A stretch of 64,000 nt of DNA. Source: Oikopleura dioica. Lineage: Eukaryota > Animalia > Chordata. The translations under genes were made by a program, and so were the position numbers. Location of the stretch: positions 4,960,001 to 5,024,000 of the forward strand of contig OU015569.1 in the NCBI GenBank assembly GCA_907165135.1. The letters are read 5' to 3'. Below are positions 1 through 11,726 of this stretch, in pieces; position 1 is the first letter of the stretch; each line of letters begins with the position of its first letter. The notes under the pieces were generated by a model. That model ran no database searches. It saw nothing but the letters and a program-made list of their open reading frames with translations, and was not told the DNA's origin.

Positions 1-975
1 AAAATCGTATTTGGCGGGGCAGTCTTAAAAAGCATCAGTCTGAAGTTCCATAATTGGGAATGAAAATAAAGGCTAACTTAGCGGTAAAGTGAGACAATGA
101 TTATGGCAATCTTTGAAAGGGTATTATCGTCAATAATCTGCAGCCGATTTAGCTCTGTTTGTTTTGAACTATTTTGTTCACAAAAACACTTTGTCTGATT
201 ACATTGATCAGGCGTTAACGAAGTCGTTGTTGTCAATTATAAAGTAATTGCTGTTCATTTGATTTATTAAAGTGTCACGTTGAAAATACGCATTATTACT
301 GAGCCTGCTAAATTTCCGCCGCCAAAAACAGGAAAACACGATTTCGCCTGTTTCAAGAATAAACAGCATTTTTAGAAAATCAAAGAAAAAGCGCTGTTTG
401 GAAATAACAGAAATTGGCCACAACTTGACTTGCTTAGTTGAAAAAAGCTAGAAATGAGAAAGTAGCGTATTCGGGAATTAGGTTAGCGCGCGCCTTCTTC
501 TTTTAATTATGCGTCGGTCCAATTTAAATGTAGACAAAGGATGTGTTATACGCCCTGCATTTTTTGGGGAATCGTGAATTCTAGCACTTAGTCGCAATTC
601 TCGCTTCTGCGCCTTCGAGGAAACGCAGCAGCGATAAACTGCTCACGTGGTCACGTTACTCCTAGTGAATTTATTTTTCTCCTCAGCCTATTACTCAAGC
701 AAACGAACCCAGCCACGTGCGGAAATGAAAACCACCCCGCACTTATCCCATAATAAATACTCAACAGCTCAAACCAACTTCAACAGTCTTCTTTAATAAG
801 TTTAAATAAAAGAAAGAGCAAGAACCTTGTCGAATCCACTGACTTTTCCCTAAAACAGTCAAGTCCTTTTTTATCAAACCAAAAAGAAGCTGCACACTTA
901 TCTGGTTCCTCTAAAAACCCAAATCTAAAATTTCTAAAAAATAAACAAAACGAATAAGACCAAAGACTTTTCAAA

Positions 976-1067
976 GCGGCTTCGTTTTTAAAAAGCCCAT
1001 ACACGGCTTTTCATTGAAGCTCTTTGAGATCCTGACTCAGGTTTTCGAAACAGGTTACCGAGCTCAT
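976..1067. mobile_element. MITE family 1, right half only
   Basis: gcggcttcgtttttaaaaagcc...cctgactcaggttttcgaaacaggttaccgagctca matches the right arm of the complete copies. Confidence 0.8.
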
Positions 1068-1614
1068 GCTTTTATCGTCTTATTTTCTGGTGATCTAGAT
1101 ATTTGTCTGAAAATAGTTAAATTCTTTAAAAGATGCGTTTTTCAAATTCAACATGCTACAAACTTGTGGGAAAAAGTAATTGTTTTCTGCATTTATATTT
1201 TGAAAAAGTGCAGCTTTTTTTAAAACCAGCTTTTTTTATGTCTTCATTTCAATTTTAAAGGTGCTCGGCGGTTGTTTGTAAACAGCGCGCGTGTAGTACT
1301 ACAGTTAGCGTGAAAATATCTAAATGAAGAAAATATTTTCGCCTTGTGGTCGTTTCAATAGAAAGGTTGAGATGAAATAATTTCGGCTTCTATCAATCAC
1401 GGGGGCGTCCTGCGAACTCGCCCTGCGTCTAGGAATGTTCGTTATTTTAATTTTCAAGATTCACTCAACTTCGCCGCCTGCTGCATTTATTTTTTCATAT
1501 TTTAAAAATGGTTTCAAGGCGAAAGTTCAACAAGGCATTGAATTACGAGAGGGCGTGTAAACAATTTAGGAGCTTCTGGAAAATGATAAGATAAAATTTC
1601 AGTTCACGTTTCAG

Positions 1615-3679
1615 GTGCAGTTGGAGTACGACTATCCGCCGGATTACGCGCCCCTCGACGATCATCCGCATCAAAGGTAACTCCACAAAACGCAAATCCG
1701 TCCTGACGTGATTGCTTCTTTTCAAATTCCCTTTTCCTGGTATCTCAAATTTCAAACTATCAAAAATTTCAACTTGCATTCAAAATCACTTCTCCGGCAG
1801 CCTGTGTTCAAAACCTGAGCAGATGTTTGAAAGATCTTTGATGAAAAGCTTCGAAGCGTTATCAATTCTTACGAAGTCACTTTGCGGCTTCATTTCTTAA
1901 AAAGCCGCTACGCGGCTTTTCATTCTCGCTCCTTCAGAACCTGACTCAGATTTTCTGTACAGGTTGCCGAGTCCAGAACACAGGTCTACTAATGTAGTTG
2001 TAATAAAGTTTACTTCAAAGAATTCGGAATTTAGGAGAAAGAGAAAAAAGCTAGATTCTTATGCGATGATTCTTGTGCCGTCATTTTGGTCAATTTTGAT
2101 TTTGGCTTTGATCCTTTCGGAAATCTGTTGAGTCCGAAGTGAGCCAAAATTTGGCTTCTTTCTAAAGCGCCGCGCGACAAGGGTCATTACGCGAATTGAC
2201 CTCGTCGAGAATGGTTAGCGAAGCAGCTGAACTTCTGTTTTGCGGCTTTCAATTTCGAATAGCGGGATATTTAAGTTTTTCTTAATAACTTGGAAAAGAA
2301 CTTATAAATGGCGATTTTCAACCTTTCCAGTTTTTTTCCGCCGAGAAAATAGAAAATAAAAACCTCCGAAAATTGTTGACCTAGAATTTTTGTTTGGAGC
2401 TAAGGGCAGGCAATTCGTGCAAAAAGATACGTAGATAAATTGGGATAAGAGTCGAAGTGAGTCACAACTAATGTTGTCTGTTTGTTGGCTTGCTGGTGCC
2501 AAGTAGCTAGGTTTGGCAATGTTCGCCGCGTGGAGCCGTCTTCTAAAGCGAAGATGGGAAATATTCAATTAGAATAAACTCTTTTACGATAACGCCCGCC
2601 ACATGGCGAGGACACGATAATAGGAAATTAATTAATTTTTGCCAGGCTTGGCGCAAAAACGTGTTTCAGATTGCATAAATTATTATCCCAATTTTATCAT
2701 TTATGGAAAATATTGAAAACAGACACACACGTTCTACCATTTTTTTAAATACCTAAAACAAGGGCTCGACAACCTGTGTAGAAAAGGGTCTGAAAGAGCT
2801 GAACGAGAATCGGTTTTTCCGCGACCAAAAACGTTCATAAATTGTTCAGTTGCGTTCCCATCCAAGAAGACCCAGAAGCGGAGCACGAACTGATCCCCAT
2901 CCCCACTGCTGACCCAAATGATCCAGACTGGGAAGAGACTGCGCGCGACCAGCTCGGGTAAGACTGACTTTTTTCTCGATGATACGGGGCGGGTGCTTGG
3001 GCGGGAAAAAAACCGCGAAAACCACGGCTATCTTCGACCTCACAAAACGGATAGCGATATAAAAGAAAGAATACGGCGAACTTATCGAGTAGATAGCAAC
3101 TCTTCTGGACTGTTTAGAACGTGGCGGTATTAGTACCTAGCTTCATATCGCCAATTATCGCGATGTGGGTGAACACTATTTTACCATCGGCCATGGCGCT
3201 CTAAAATATTCCTGACTGGAGCCGGCAACCTGAGTCCAAAACCTGAGTCAGAGCCTTAGACGACTAAAAAGGTTATGTTTTGAGTCGAAACCTTTTATTA
3301 TCTTAAGCGGGTAAATCTGTTATATTTTTCGTCTAATTGACATGACAGCTCTAAACGCGCGCAAGAATTAATTACTGACAGACTCGAAGCAGCTGATTGT
3401 GCTTTGTTGTTCTTAGTTGCGAGCCAAAATGAAACATTTTTGGAAGAAGCTCGATCAGAAGAAAGAAAATGGCTCTCTAAGTTCAAGTTAAATAAAAATT
3501 TTTCAATAAAAGATGCCAGTTAGAAAACGACACCTTCCAAGATAGCTGATGTAAAACTGAAAATCAAGGTTTTTAACTAAAAAAGCAGGTTTTGAAAAAT
3601 ACACGGGCCTCTTCCTCTCTTCGCGTACGTTAGGTGGTCTGACCGCGCCCCGGATTTCGGATACAGAGCCACCCAGTGA
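1615..3679 (+). CDS. 3' part of an unknown small acidic/Pro-rich protein (exons 1615-1676, 2850-2957, 3634-3679); 5' end unresolved
   Basis: Three phase-compatible GT-AG exons translate to VQLEYDYPPDYAPLDDHPHQSCVPIQEDPEAEHELIPIPTADPNDPDWEETARDQLGWSDRAPDFGYRATQ*, followed by AATAAA near 3705; MITEs fall only in the introns. Confidence 0.55.
1791..1976. mobile_element. MITE family 1, complete degenerate copy
   Basis: Inverted arms ccggcagcctgtgttcaaaacctgag.../...ctgactcagattttctgtacaggttgccgagtccag. Confidence 0.85.
2759..2800. mobile_element. MITE family 1, left-end fragment
   Basis: agggctcgacaacctgtgtagaaaagggtctgaaagagct. Confidence 0.7.
3216..3256. mobile_element. MITE family 1, left-end fragment
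   Basis: ctggagccggcaacctgagtccaaaacctgagtcagag. Confidence 0.65.
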
Positions 3680-3898
3680 GGGGCTATCCTTAGCGACCTT
3701 TGGATAATAAAATACTACTTCTAAAAACAGCTTCTTTTTTCGGTTAATTGGGCTAAAATTTCCTAGTGCACAAGTTCGATAAATTTTTTTTTATTAATAA
3801 AGATGTGGATATAACAATTTGATTGGCAATTGAAATAAATAATTTTATAAATGAAAAGGAAAACTTTCATATTTAGTTTGCATGCAAGTTCGACTGCG

Positions 3899-4328
3899 AT
3901 GGAATGGGACTGGTCCAGCAACTCGAACATGTCCGACGAAAGTGACGACAACATGGAGGAAGATTTCGGCTCGAGCAACAAGAAAGGAAACCGCCGTCCG
4001 CGGCTAGCAAACCGAAGCCGCCAGCGAATAGCCGCAAACAAGCGCGAACGAAGCAGAATGAAGGTCATCAACAAAGGTAGCGTAAAAAATGTAATGTCTG
4101 GAGTATTTTTGCAATTTGGTCGTTTTTACGTGGTAGATTACAGATTTGCTTTGATGCGGCTTTTCAGGGTTCGAAAAACTTCGAAAAGTGGTGCCCTACG
4201 CGCGGAATGACCGGCGACATTCCAAAGTCGAAACTCTCCGCCTCGCCATCGACTACATCCGCAACCTCGACGCACTTTTAACCAGGGGACGACAAACACC
4301 ACGCAACCTCCCCCTAAATATTATTTAA
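3899..4328 (+). CDS. Class A (tissue-specific) bHLH transcription factor, atonal/Ptf1a/Fer3-like; exons 3899-4076 and 4168-4328
   Basis: The GT-AG intron 4077-4167 joins RQRIAANKRERSRMKVINKG to FEKLRKVVPYARNDRRHSKVETLRLAIDYIRNLDALL, giving a complete basic-helix-loop-helix; the orthology group cannot be resolved by eye. Confidence 0.92.
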
Positions 4329-6201
4329 CACCCTAAGGAGCAATCGGAGCATTCTAAACTTTAGAATCTAAAGTCTTTCTTATCTGAAGACTAGTATATT
4401 TCTCAGACTAACTCTAAGAGTCATCTCTTTAGTCGTTTCTCGTTGCATAATTGCAGATTTTTTAACCTGAACGTTGAGGCTCTTTTAAGCCTGTATACGT
4501 AACTCTACTATTCAAGGTCCCGCGGAAGGGATGATCCCATAATTTCGGCTCTCAATCTTTTATCGCGTAATTTCGGAAGCCGCTTTACTCAAGTAATCGA
4601 ATTTTTAACACAAAAAGATACCCTCAACTTTTCGTTGAATGAAAACATTGAGCCAATGAGGCCGAAAAAGTGAAAATGAAAAAGAAATTGGTCACGTGTT
4701 TCATCCCCGATAAGACGACACCGGCGCATCTTCTTCCGATCTGGCGGAGCAACAGAGCGTCATCGTGTACTACACTCCAGTTGGTAAATCCCCAAAATAT
4801 TATTTTTCTTTTATCATCGCTCGGCCGTGATTAGTTGAGTGACTATTGCGTCTTTTTCTTTAAAGATTAGTCTTTATAAACTTAACAAGGACCGAAAAAA
4901 TACGTTTCTCTATTCAATAGTAAAAGGTTCATACTGTAACTAGTGATTGAATAACTAGCCACAAGGCTCCAAATTAGAACCGTGGGTGATCTTCTAACAC
5001 CGTGTTCCTCGATCACTTCCAACAACAAGAGTACAAAGTTTACTGTAAGACTAGCCATTTTTTCGCCGGCAAAGCCACAAATTCTCATTTTATAAAGACC
5101 TTTGACCACGGGTGTAGGAGTAATTTCGCGGTCGCGTTTGACGTCGCCCCTGCTATTTCCACAACAGCGTTTTCGATCATTTTCAAAAAAATAGAAAATG
5201 AAAGTTAATTCACTATTTCGTAAGTCTGGGAAAGAAGCGCCCATAGACGCAAACACTAATTAGCTCAAAAGAAAACATTCAACCAACGAAATTTCCCCGA
5301 TAAAAATAAAAAAAGATTTGTCTTTTCAAGTTTTTTTATTAATTTTTTTTGATAAATATATTGTGAAAAAAATTCGTGGACGAAGTTTTGCGGCTTCGTA
5401 GAGTTTGGTCTAGCGAGATGGTTTGGAATTTCCGTTTAGGTACAAGTACTCACGTTGTTTTATTTTTTTGTTCAGGTGAGGACCCGTCGCAAGCTGTTGC
5501 TCACTCGCTATCTTGGGTCAAGGAGCCGCAAATGACCGGCAGGAAGGGTCATCGATTCGTAAATTCATACAGTAACTTGGCTAGGACGGTATTCAATTGA
5601 CAAGTGATGGAGCAAACGGGAAAGGTCCATCTTGCCCCGCCCTTCCACTTTTGAGCGACAATGGGAAGAGCAACAACGCGCGCTAAAATAAACACGTGAT
5701 AAGATTTTGTATATAAAGGAGTTGCTCCGCCGATAAATACGGTAAAGACACAATAGAATTTCAGCAGGGCAACTGTAAGGACGTTGTCTTTAAAGTATTG
5801 CCCACTGTAATTAGAGAATTTATCTCTGCCCAAAAAGTGAAAGCTAACAAAATAATCTAAAACCCAAAGAAAGCTGTTTTCCGAATATAGTTCCGAATGA
5901 GCGCAATGGGATAATCCAGGTAAAGAGCCAAAGGCACCATTTGCTTATGTTTTGCATTTTGACACGTTTCCGCCCATTCTTTGGATAAAACACCAAAAGT
6001 AGCGACAATTGACTTTTGCGCTTTGAGCGAGAAGCAAGAAAATAGCTAGCGTCAATAATTTTCAGATAGATCCGGTTTCGAGGGTTTAAAAAGAAGCTTC
6101 GCGTGCTTTATTTTTTGCGCAATTACTTTGCCGTCGCTCTAGAGCTTCTTTTCTACATCCAAAAATTGCGCGTGAACGTACAGGTTGTTCTGGTGAATTA
6201 G

Positions 6202-6730
6202 AATTGACGAAAACTGTTTCAGACGCAGAGGATCAGAGCGCGCGTATGGTATCCTGCTTTGTCGGAACGCGACTCGAACACAAAGGTGAGCGGCCGTCAC
6301 GTGTCGTTTTTGGAATCGACAAGTCACAACGCGGTCAATTTCAATTCCAAAAGCGCTTCCGAGTAAATACAAATTAGTTTCGTTTCTAATCCAGTTTAAA
6401 TCGCTCGCTCGAATTATGCCAGCCGTCCTGCAATTTCGGTGACAAAAGGATCCAAGATAAGCTACTGTCGAATGTCTGGCAGACAGGATCAGCGAGTTAT
6501 TACTGGTAGATAATAAGCGGCGTACACAAACAGATAACTTCTCTGGCACACGTTTCTCAAGTAGCTCCCCTTAAATCGCGCAAAGGGGGGTCTTTAGCCC
6601 CCCAAAAATGCATAAACACGAATTCCCGCGGCGGGAAACCAAACTCGTGTTCACTTCTTTCTTTTTAATTTTCAGGGTTCTGTTCCCGTCGATCTTCTCC
6701 CACGTCCAGCAACAGCCTCGAATTCCGTGA
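6202..6730 (+). CDS. 3' exons of a putative GT-A-fold glycosyltransferase-like protein; candidate upstream exons back to ~4720
   Basis: Three phase-2-linked exons with GT-AG junctions give ...ERAYGILLCRNATRTQSLNRSLELCQPSCNFGDKRIQDKLLSNVWQTGSASYYWVLFPSIFSHVQQQPRIP*; PSIFSHV resembles the PSLFQHVG motif of MGAT4/GT54-like enzymes (weak). Confidence 0.35.
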
Positions 6731-6856
6731 GCCACCAGGAATGGATCGAAACTATTCTCAACAAGGCGCAATTTAAATATTTTAAATCAAGCCCCACTTC
6801 AGCAATCGCACCTTTTTTTACTAAGGGAGATACACAAAGCCTATTCAAACCTAATT

Positions 6857-7062
6857 CTTGGTTCGGCAAGCTCTGTAAAAAACTCGAGACAGGGTTCTGA
6901 AAGATCATTACTCAAAGGCAGAGAAGGTTCTTTATTTTGAACCAAAATTTTACATAGAATGAGAAGTTAATTATCATTAATAATGGTAAAATGCGAATTC
7001 GTGTTCATTTAAGATCTTTCAGAACCCAGACTCAGCCTTTTTACACAGGTTGCTGAGCCAAG
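6857..7062. mobile_element. MITE family 1, complete degenerate copy
   Basis: ggttcggcaagctctgtaaaaaactcgagacagggttctgaaagatc ... gatctttcagaacccagactcagcctttttacacaggttgctgagcca. Confidence 0.8.
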
Positions 7063-7935
7063 ACGTTAATTTTGTTCCTCTGAAGGTCGAGCTTTTTCTC
7101 CATCCAATGTTAAAGTAAAGACGAAATGTGGACTACGAAGTCGACTGTATATTTATTGACTCGCGACCCTGTATGTTATTTCTAGCGCCTGCCCAGTTCT
7201 GCCTGTACATATCCGGCTTATGCAATAAAAAACACGTTCCAGCGAATCTTCATTTTTTCAAATTTTCACTGCTTCAGTCTTTCTTTTCCAGCAAATACAG
7301 TCTGATGCGTCTGTAGAAAAGCAAAGAGAAATTTGAACCTTTCGATTGGTTTTATTGTGAAATTGAATAATTTTGTCTTGGCAGAGTCGCTTTTAAAGGG
7401 TCAGAACTGTGTCAAGCGTAAAATCAGCTGAGTAAAGTGGGTCAGTTGGTCAATGATTCGAATCAGCGGGTCGTCACTCCCTCGATTGGAATCAGGTCAG
7501 CGCGTAGATAGAAGAACAGGAAAGGTGTGCGGCAATAGGCGTAAAATTCATATATAAAATATTTACAAAATGTAAAGTTTTTCTACAGTCGTGTCACAGT
7601 CTTTATTTTCAGAATTATGTTTTTTCTGAAGTCACGTGGAAGATGAAATAAGCAGCTGAAAGAAAAGAAACAGCTTCAAGATTATTACTGGCAAAAAAAG
7701 AAGTAATTTAACAAGTAGCCGGGGAAAATTGGAGCGAGAAATTTTGTCAATTTAAGTTTTAGAAAAAATGTCCCTTTGAACTGGTAGAAGTGGCCGAATT
7801 CCGTCGTGACGTGCCACCGGCGGTTTTCGGAGATATTCCACGCTCAAACGGACTCTGAAACAGATTTACAACTAGAGCACCATCATCGTAAGTTCAACCA
7901 ATTTACTGTACCTCCCTTTTTTGTATCGTTGTAAT

Positions 7936-8083
7936 TTAGACTCAAAAACCTGTGTTGAAAGCCTGAGTCAGGGTTTGAAAGATCTTTCATGAAAAGCCGC
8001 GTCGCAAATTTAACTTTTCAATCAATTTTCAAATTCTAGGGAAGACCCTGACTCAGGTTTTCTACTCTGGTTGTCGAGCTAAG
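7936..8083. mobile_element. MITE family 1, complete copy
   Basis: aacctgtgttgaaagcctgagtcagggtttgaaagatc ... ccctgactcaggttttctactctggttgtcgagct. Confidence 0.85.
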
Positions 8084-9410
8084 GCGGCAAATAGATCAAT
8101 CGTTTGCGAAAGAAAGTTTTTCGACGAGACCACGTGACTTCAGAACAGATTTATTCACCGCTTGAGAGTTCTGTATTTCCTTGCGTATTTTCCCTTGCTT
8201 TCCACTTTATGTAACTACGCCTGTTGGAGGAAAGCAAGACATTCTAGCACTTCAAAACTCCAACTGCGAGCTTTCAGGGTCGAATAAAATCGTGCTGAGC
8301 GAAGCTGAAAATGAACTTCCAGTGTTTTTCCTGAAATTGCATGGCGATCGCTATCTTCTGTAATTTTTGCACGCGGCGGGCAGCCAGGATACGCCGCACA
8401 AATATTTTATGACCTCTCCCTGTTCAACCGAAGCCGACGAAAACGAAGAGCTTTCTTTTTGAATTTTGTTTCACCTGCAAAATGGACTATCTTATTTAAT
8501 TTGAAGTTTTGACTTTAAAATCCTAGCTGCGTTTGTCGATTCTACAATTTTCTTCTTGATTTAGCAAGAAAAAAAAACAATTTTCATGAAGCCCAAAACA
8601 CCACTAATTTTCACATTCAATAGCGTGCGAAAAATTGAGCCTGCTCATTTTACAACTTTCTTCTTTGAAAAAAACCCTTGTCGTGTTCTTTTCTTGCTGA
8701 GATGAGTTTTTGGATGGGGAAAGGTGGATCATCTAGCATTGGCGAAATTCGGTGAAATATTTTGGGTTGAGCTGATCTGTCTTGTAAATAGAGTTTATTC
8801 AGAACTATCGTCGCCCGATCACTGTAAATCCTCGCCGAGTGCCAGATAACATTCACAAAATAACATTAACTCATAACATCTTATCAAAAATAGTTTCCTT
8901 AATAATTTTATTCGAATAAAATTTTGTTAAAACATATAATAAAGAACTAATCGTTTATAATATAATTAGAATAACAGTCGTCACTTATTATTAAAAATGT
9001 GGTAATAAATATTCATGAAAAGAATTTTGAAGATGGTTTACAATACGGGCAACGCAGCCTCCCTAAATGTTTTTTGAGCAGAGAAAATAAGGGTGTCACA
9101 ATCTTGAGTCTGCAAGAAAAGTCAACTTGAAAGCGACGGTATCGGAGGTAGTCTTACCTGAGGATTCGTTGATGATTTTATAAATGATAGAATCGAGATT
9201 TCACCTTCGAAAGTGATTTTGATAAGTCAGATTGCAGCGGGCATAGCTGGGGTTGTATTGCGCGTGGTTGTGTTGGTACTTGGGCTTTTGTTTTTACGAC
9301 GGTCGGTCACGACGGTCAGCGGTCAGCGCGGCGTTGCGTGGCTCACTGGCGCCCTCGCTTCGAGTCACCACGGCTCAGGGGGCGCTCGCGAGGCCAGTCG
9401 CCGCCCGCTC

Positions 9411-9432
9411 CATATATAAGAAAAAATGGCGC
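9411..9432. promoter_or_regulatory. TATA box plus YY1-like motif; possible bidirectional core promoter
   Basis: catatataagaaaaaatggcgc lies between a GC-rich island (9240-9410) and a plus-strand gene model starting at 9581. Confidence 0.4.
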
Positions 9433-9580
9433 ATTTTTCGGTATTGGATCATGTCCCTGTAATTTTTTCGAGCGCTCTGGACCTGGCCGTTCGGCGCTTC
9501 GAGATATTGCGGAGCTGATACCTTTCACCAAAAAATGAAAAATGACCCTAGTTTTTTGAAATACAATCAGAGAATATGTC

Positions 9581-9893
9581 ATGCGAAGAAACACACGAAA
9601 GAAACCAACTTCAACCTCCGAAAGGAGCGTTTTCAAGAGATTAACTTCACGTAAGAAAATCAGCTACCAAAGAAGCAAGAAAAAAAAGACAATTATCATT
9701 TTTTAAAACAAGAGATTAAACACTCGCCCAATGGAGAAAAAAAAGAGATTTTCAAAAGAAAACAGCTTTCACCCTTAGTCAATTAAATATTTTTATTTAA
9801 TTGGGCTGCCAATTTCAGGAAGATCTTCCAACTCTAAAACCTTTTCCTAGGATGAAAGAAAACATCAATGAAGATCTCAGCAATAGATTTTGA
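9581..9893 (+). CDS. Small Lys/Arg-rich orphan protein (~70 aa, 3 exons)
   Basis: MRRNTRKKPTSTSERSVFKRLTS|QIKHSPNGEKKEIFKRKQLSPL|EDLPTLKPFPRMKENINEDLSNRF* through two phase-compatible GT-AG introns. Confidence 0.3.
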
Positions 9894-11726
9894 TATCTGC
9901 GATTCAGGTACTTTCTTAAACAAGATTTTGTGCGGTTTTATGAGTTTATAGAATGAATGTTTTAGTATGAGCCGTAAGAGGATAGCATGAATCCAGATTT
10001 AGTGAAATATTTGTTTAAGCGTTTCGAGATTGTAATAATGTACCTTTAATACGAATATTAAATCAATCAAGTGTAAAACTGTGCATAGAAATGCGAAGAA
10101 AAGTTGACATTCAAACTCACTTTTTTAATAAAATCTATTTTTTTATATAAAAATGCTAACTTCAATTTTAGATGAAAAATACCTTCCTCAACCCGAGAAA
10201 ATGCTGTACCTCAAGGTAACCATTTGACTCTATAATAATCTTTCTAGGACAATCTAAACAATCCACCATTTCAACTCTTTTCAACAATGTTTTATTCTCA
10301 AAACAAAAAAGAACAACTCTGTACATAAAATTTGATAAATCATTCGCAAAAACACGAGCAGCAGCTGAAAACGACTTCGAAGGTGGAACAGCCCGAGAGA
10401 AGATTTTTCGCCGAAAGTATCAACCGAAGAAAACAAAAGAAACTAAATGAGCACTACTATCACGCGAAAAGAATGAAAATGTTAACCTTTTGTACTTGAG
10501 TCGGGCTGCGCGGGAAGACGCGCAGCTCGGCGCAGATTTAGACCGCGCGGGGGGCCCTTAAAAGGGTCTTCCTGCAACCACCCTTACCAGTGTTCGAGGT
10601 ACAGGCAGCCTGCCAATACCTGTAGCCTAGTCCAGGACGTAAGCTCTTCTCCCATGAATCCGTCGTTTTCAAAAAAGCTCAAGAATGGGGCTAGCTCCGT
10701 TCTTCCCGATGATTTTTTTGGTTATGACCCGCGTGGGGTCGAATCCCAGCAAGTTACAAAATGTTTCGCTTTTGCTTCGCGCGAAAACAGTCAAAACGAA
10801 TTTTGTAAAATATTGTAGTAAAGGCCCTCAAATACAGTAACAATACAGTAAACACTCGCACCCACTAGTTGTAAAATTCTCCGCAATAGCCAGGACCACC
10901 CAACACAACTAGAATGACTAATTAATTGGTGCAAATTAATTCTTTGTTCCCCCAAGAACCAATCTTAAAAATCGTAAACTTGTCAAATATAAAACTCTTT
11001 TTAAAATATACTTTTTCATGAGCTAAGAGGCGATTCATTGTGGACCGTATTTCTCAGAGAGTACGTCCCGGAAACCATCTTTGCACCCAATAAAAATTCT
11101 TAAAAATGTTCTCTTCCGTGTTACCTAACAGCAAGTTCGCAGCAGGCCGTATTTATATGCACGCAGGCTAGAATGGATTTAAACGGTCTAAAAGCTTGGC
11201 ACCAAAACAAAGAAAGCAATTATGAAAAACAAGGCCAATCGAGTTTCGGTGACGTGTTATGAACAAATGTTTCTAATTGATCGGACAATTTATAGCTTGA
11301 TAATTGCTCCATCCGTTAACTACTGCAAAGAAGACCATTTTCTAACTCAACAATTAACATTTATCAAGGAGGCCAATTATAGTTCTGTTTTTTTAATTAA
11401 TTTGTCAAGTCCTTTTTTGTTTGGAATTCGTGTTCGATATTTTATATTCAGCAAAAAATTAATAATAATACTGAAAGTGAGATCTTTTTGAGCGTTTCTT
11501 CTAGTGGTGGCCCATTCTTCCGCAGAGCATGTAGTCCTGAGCAGCGGTGAGAGAAAGAGATCGACAATTACCGCCGCGTTAAATTAATCTGAGAATCAAA
11601 TATACGCAATTTACCGTTCGTCTCCGATATTACCGGGAACGTTTGACAGAGTGCGTAATCTACCTTCAACTACCTTGAAGCAGCTCGCTACAATTAGACA
11701 CTTTTTAAGAAAATAAATTAAGCTTC

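Noticed and set aside
2918-3133. ORF with a Walker-A-like ATSSGKT
   Set aside because: It overlaps a better-supported exon in another frame and its strong gtaag donor; there is no downstream ATPase motif.
4700-6100. Minus-strand ORF 4882-5256 and scattered plus-strand exons
   Set aside because: Splice signals favour the plus strand, but no consistent model could be assembled, so no separate call was made.
6139-6908. Minus-strand ORFs (136, 66 and 78 aa)
   Set aside because: Strong splice sites and a coherent spliced frame lie on the plus strand; these ORFs are probably antisense shadows.
9040-9410. Telomerase RNA, or a selenoprotein with a SECIS element
   Set aside because: No 1.5-repeat CUAACCCU template is present; the putative AUGA..GA element downstream lacks a good helix and apical AA motif.
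10555-10730. U11 snRNA or HDV-like ribozyme
   Set aside because: Only the first few bases resemble U11, the Sm-like site is too distant, and the HDV P1.1/J4-2 elements are absent.
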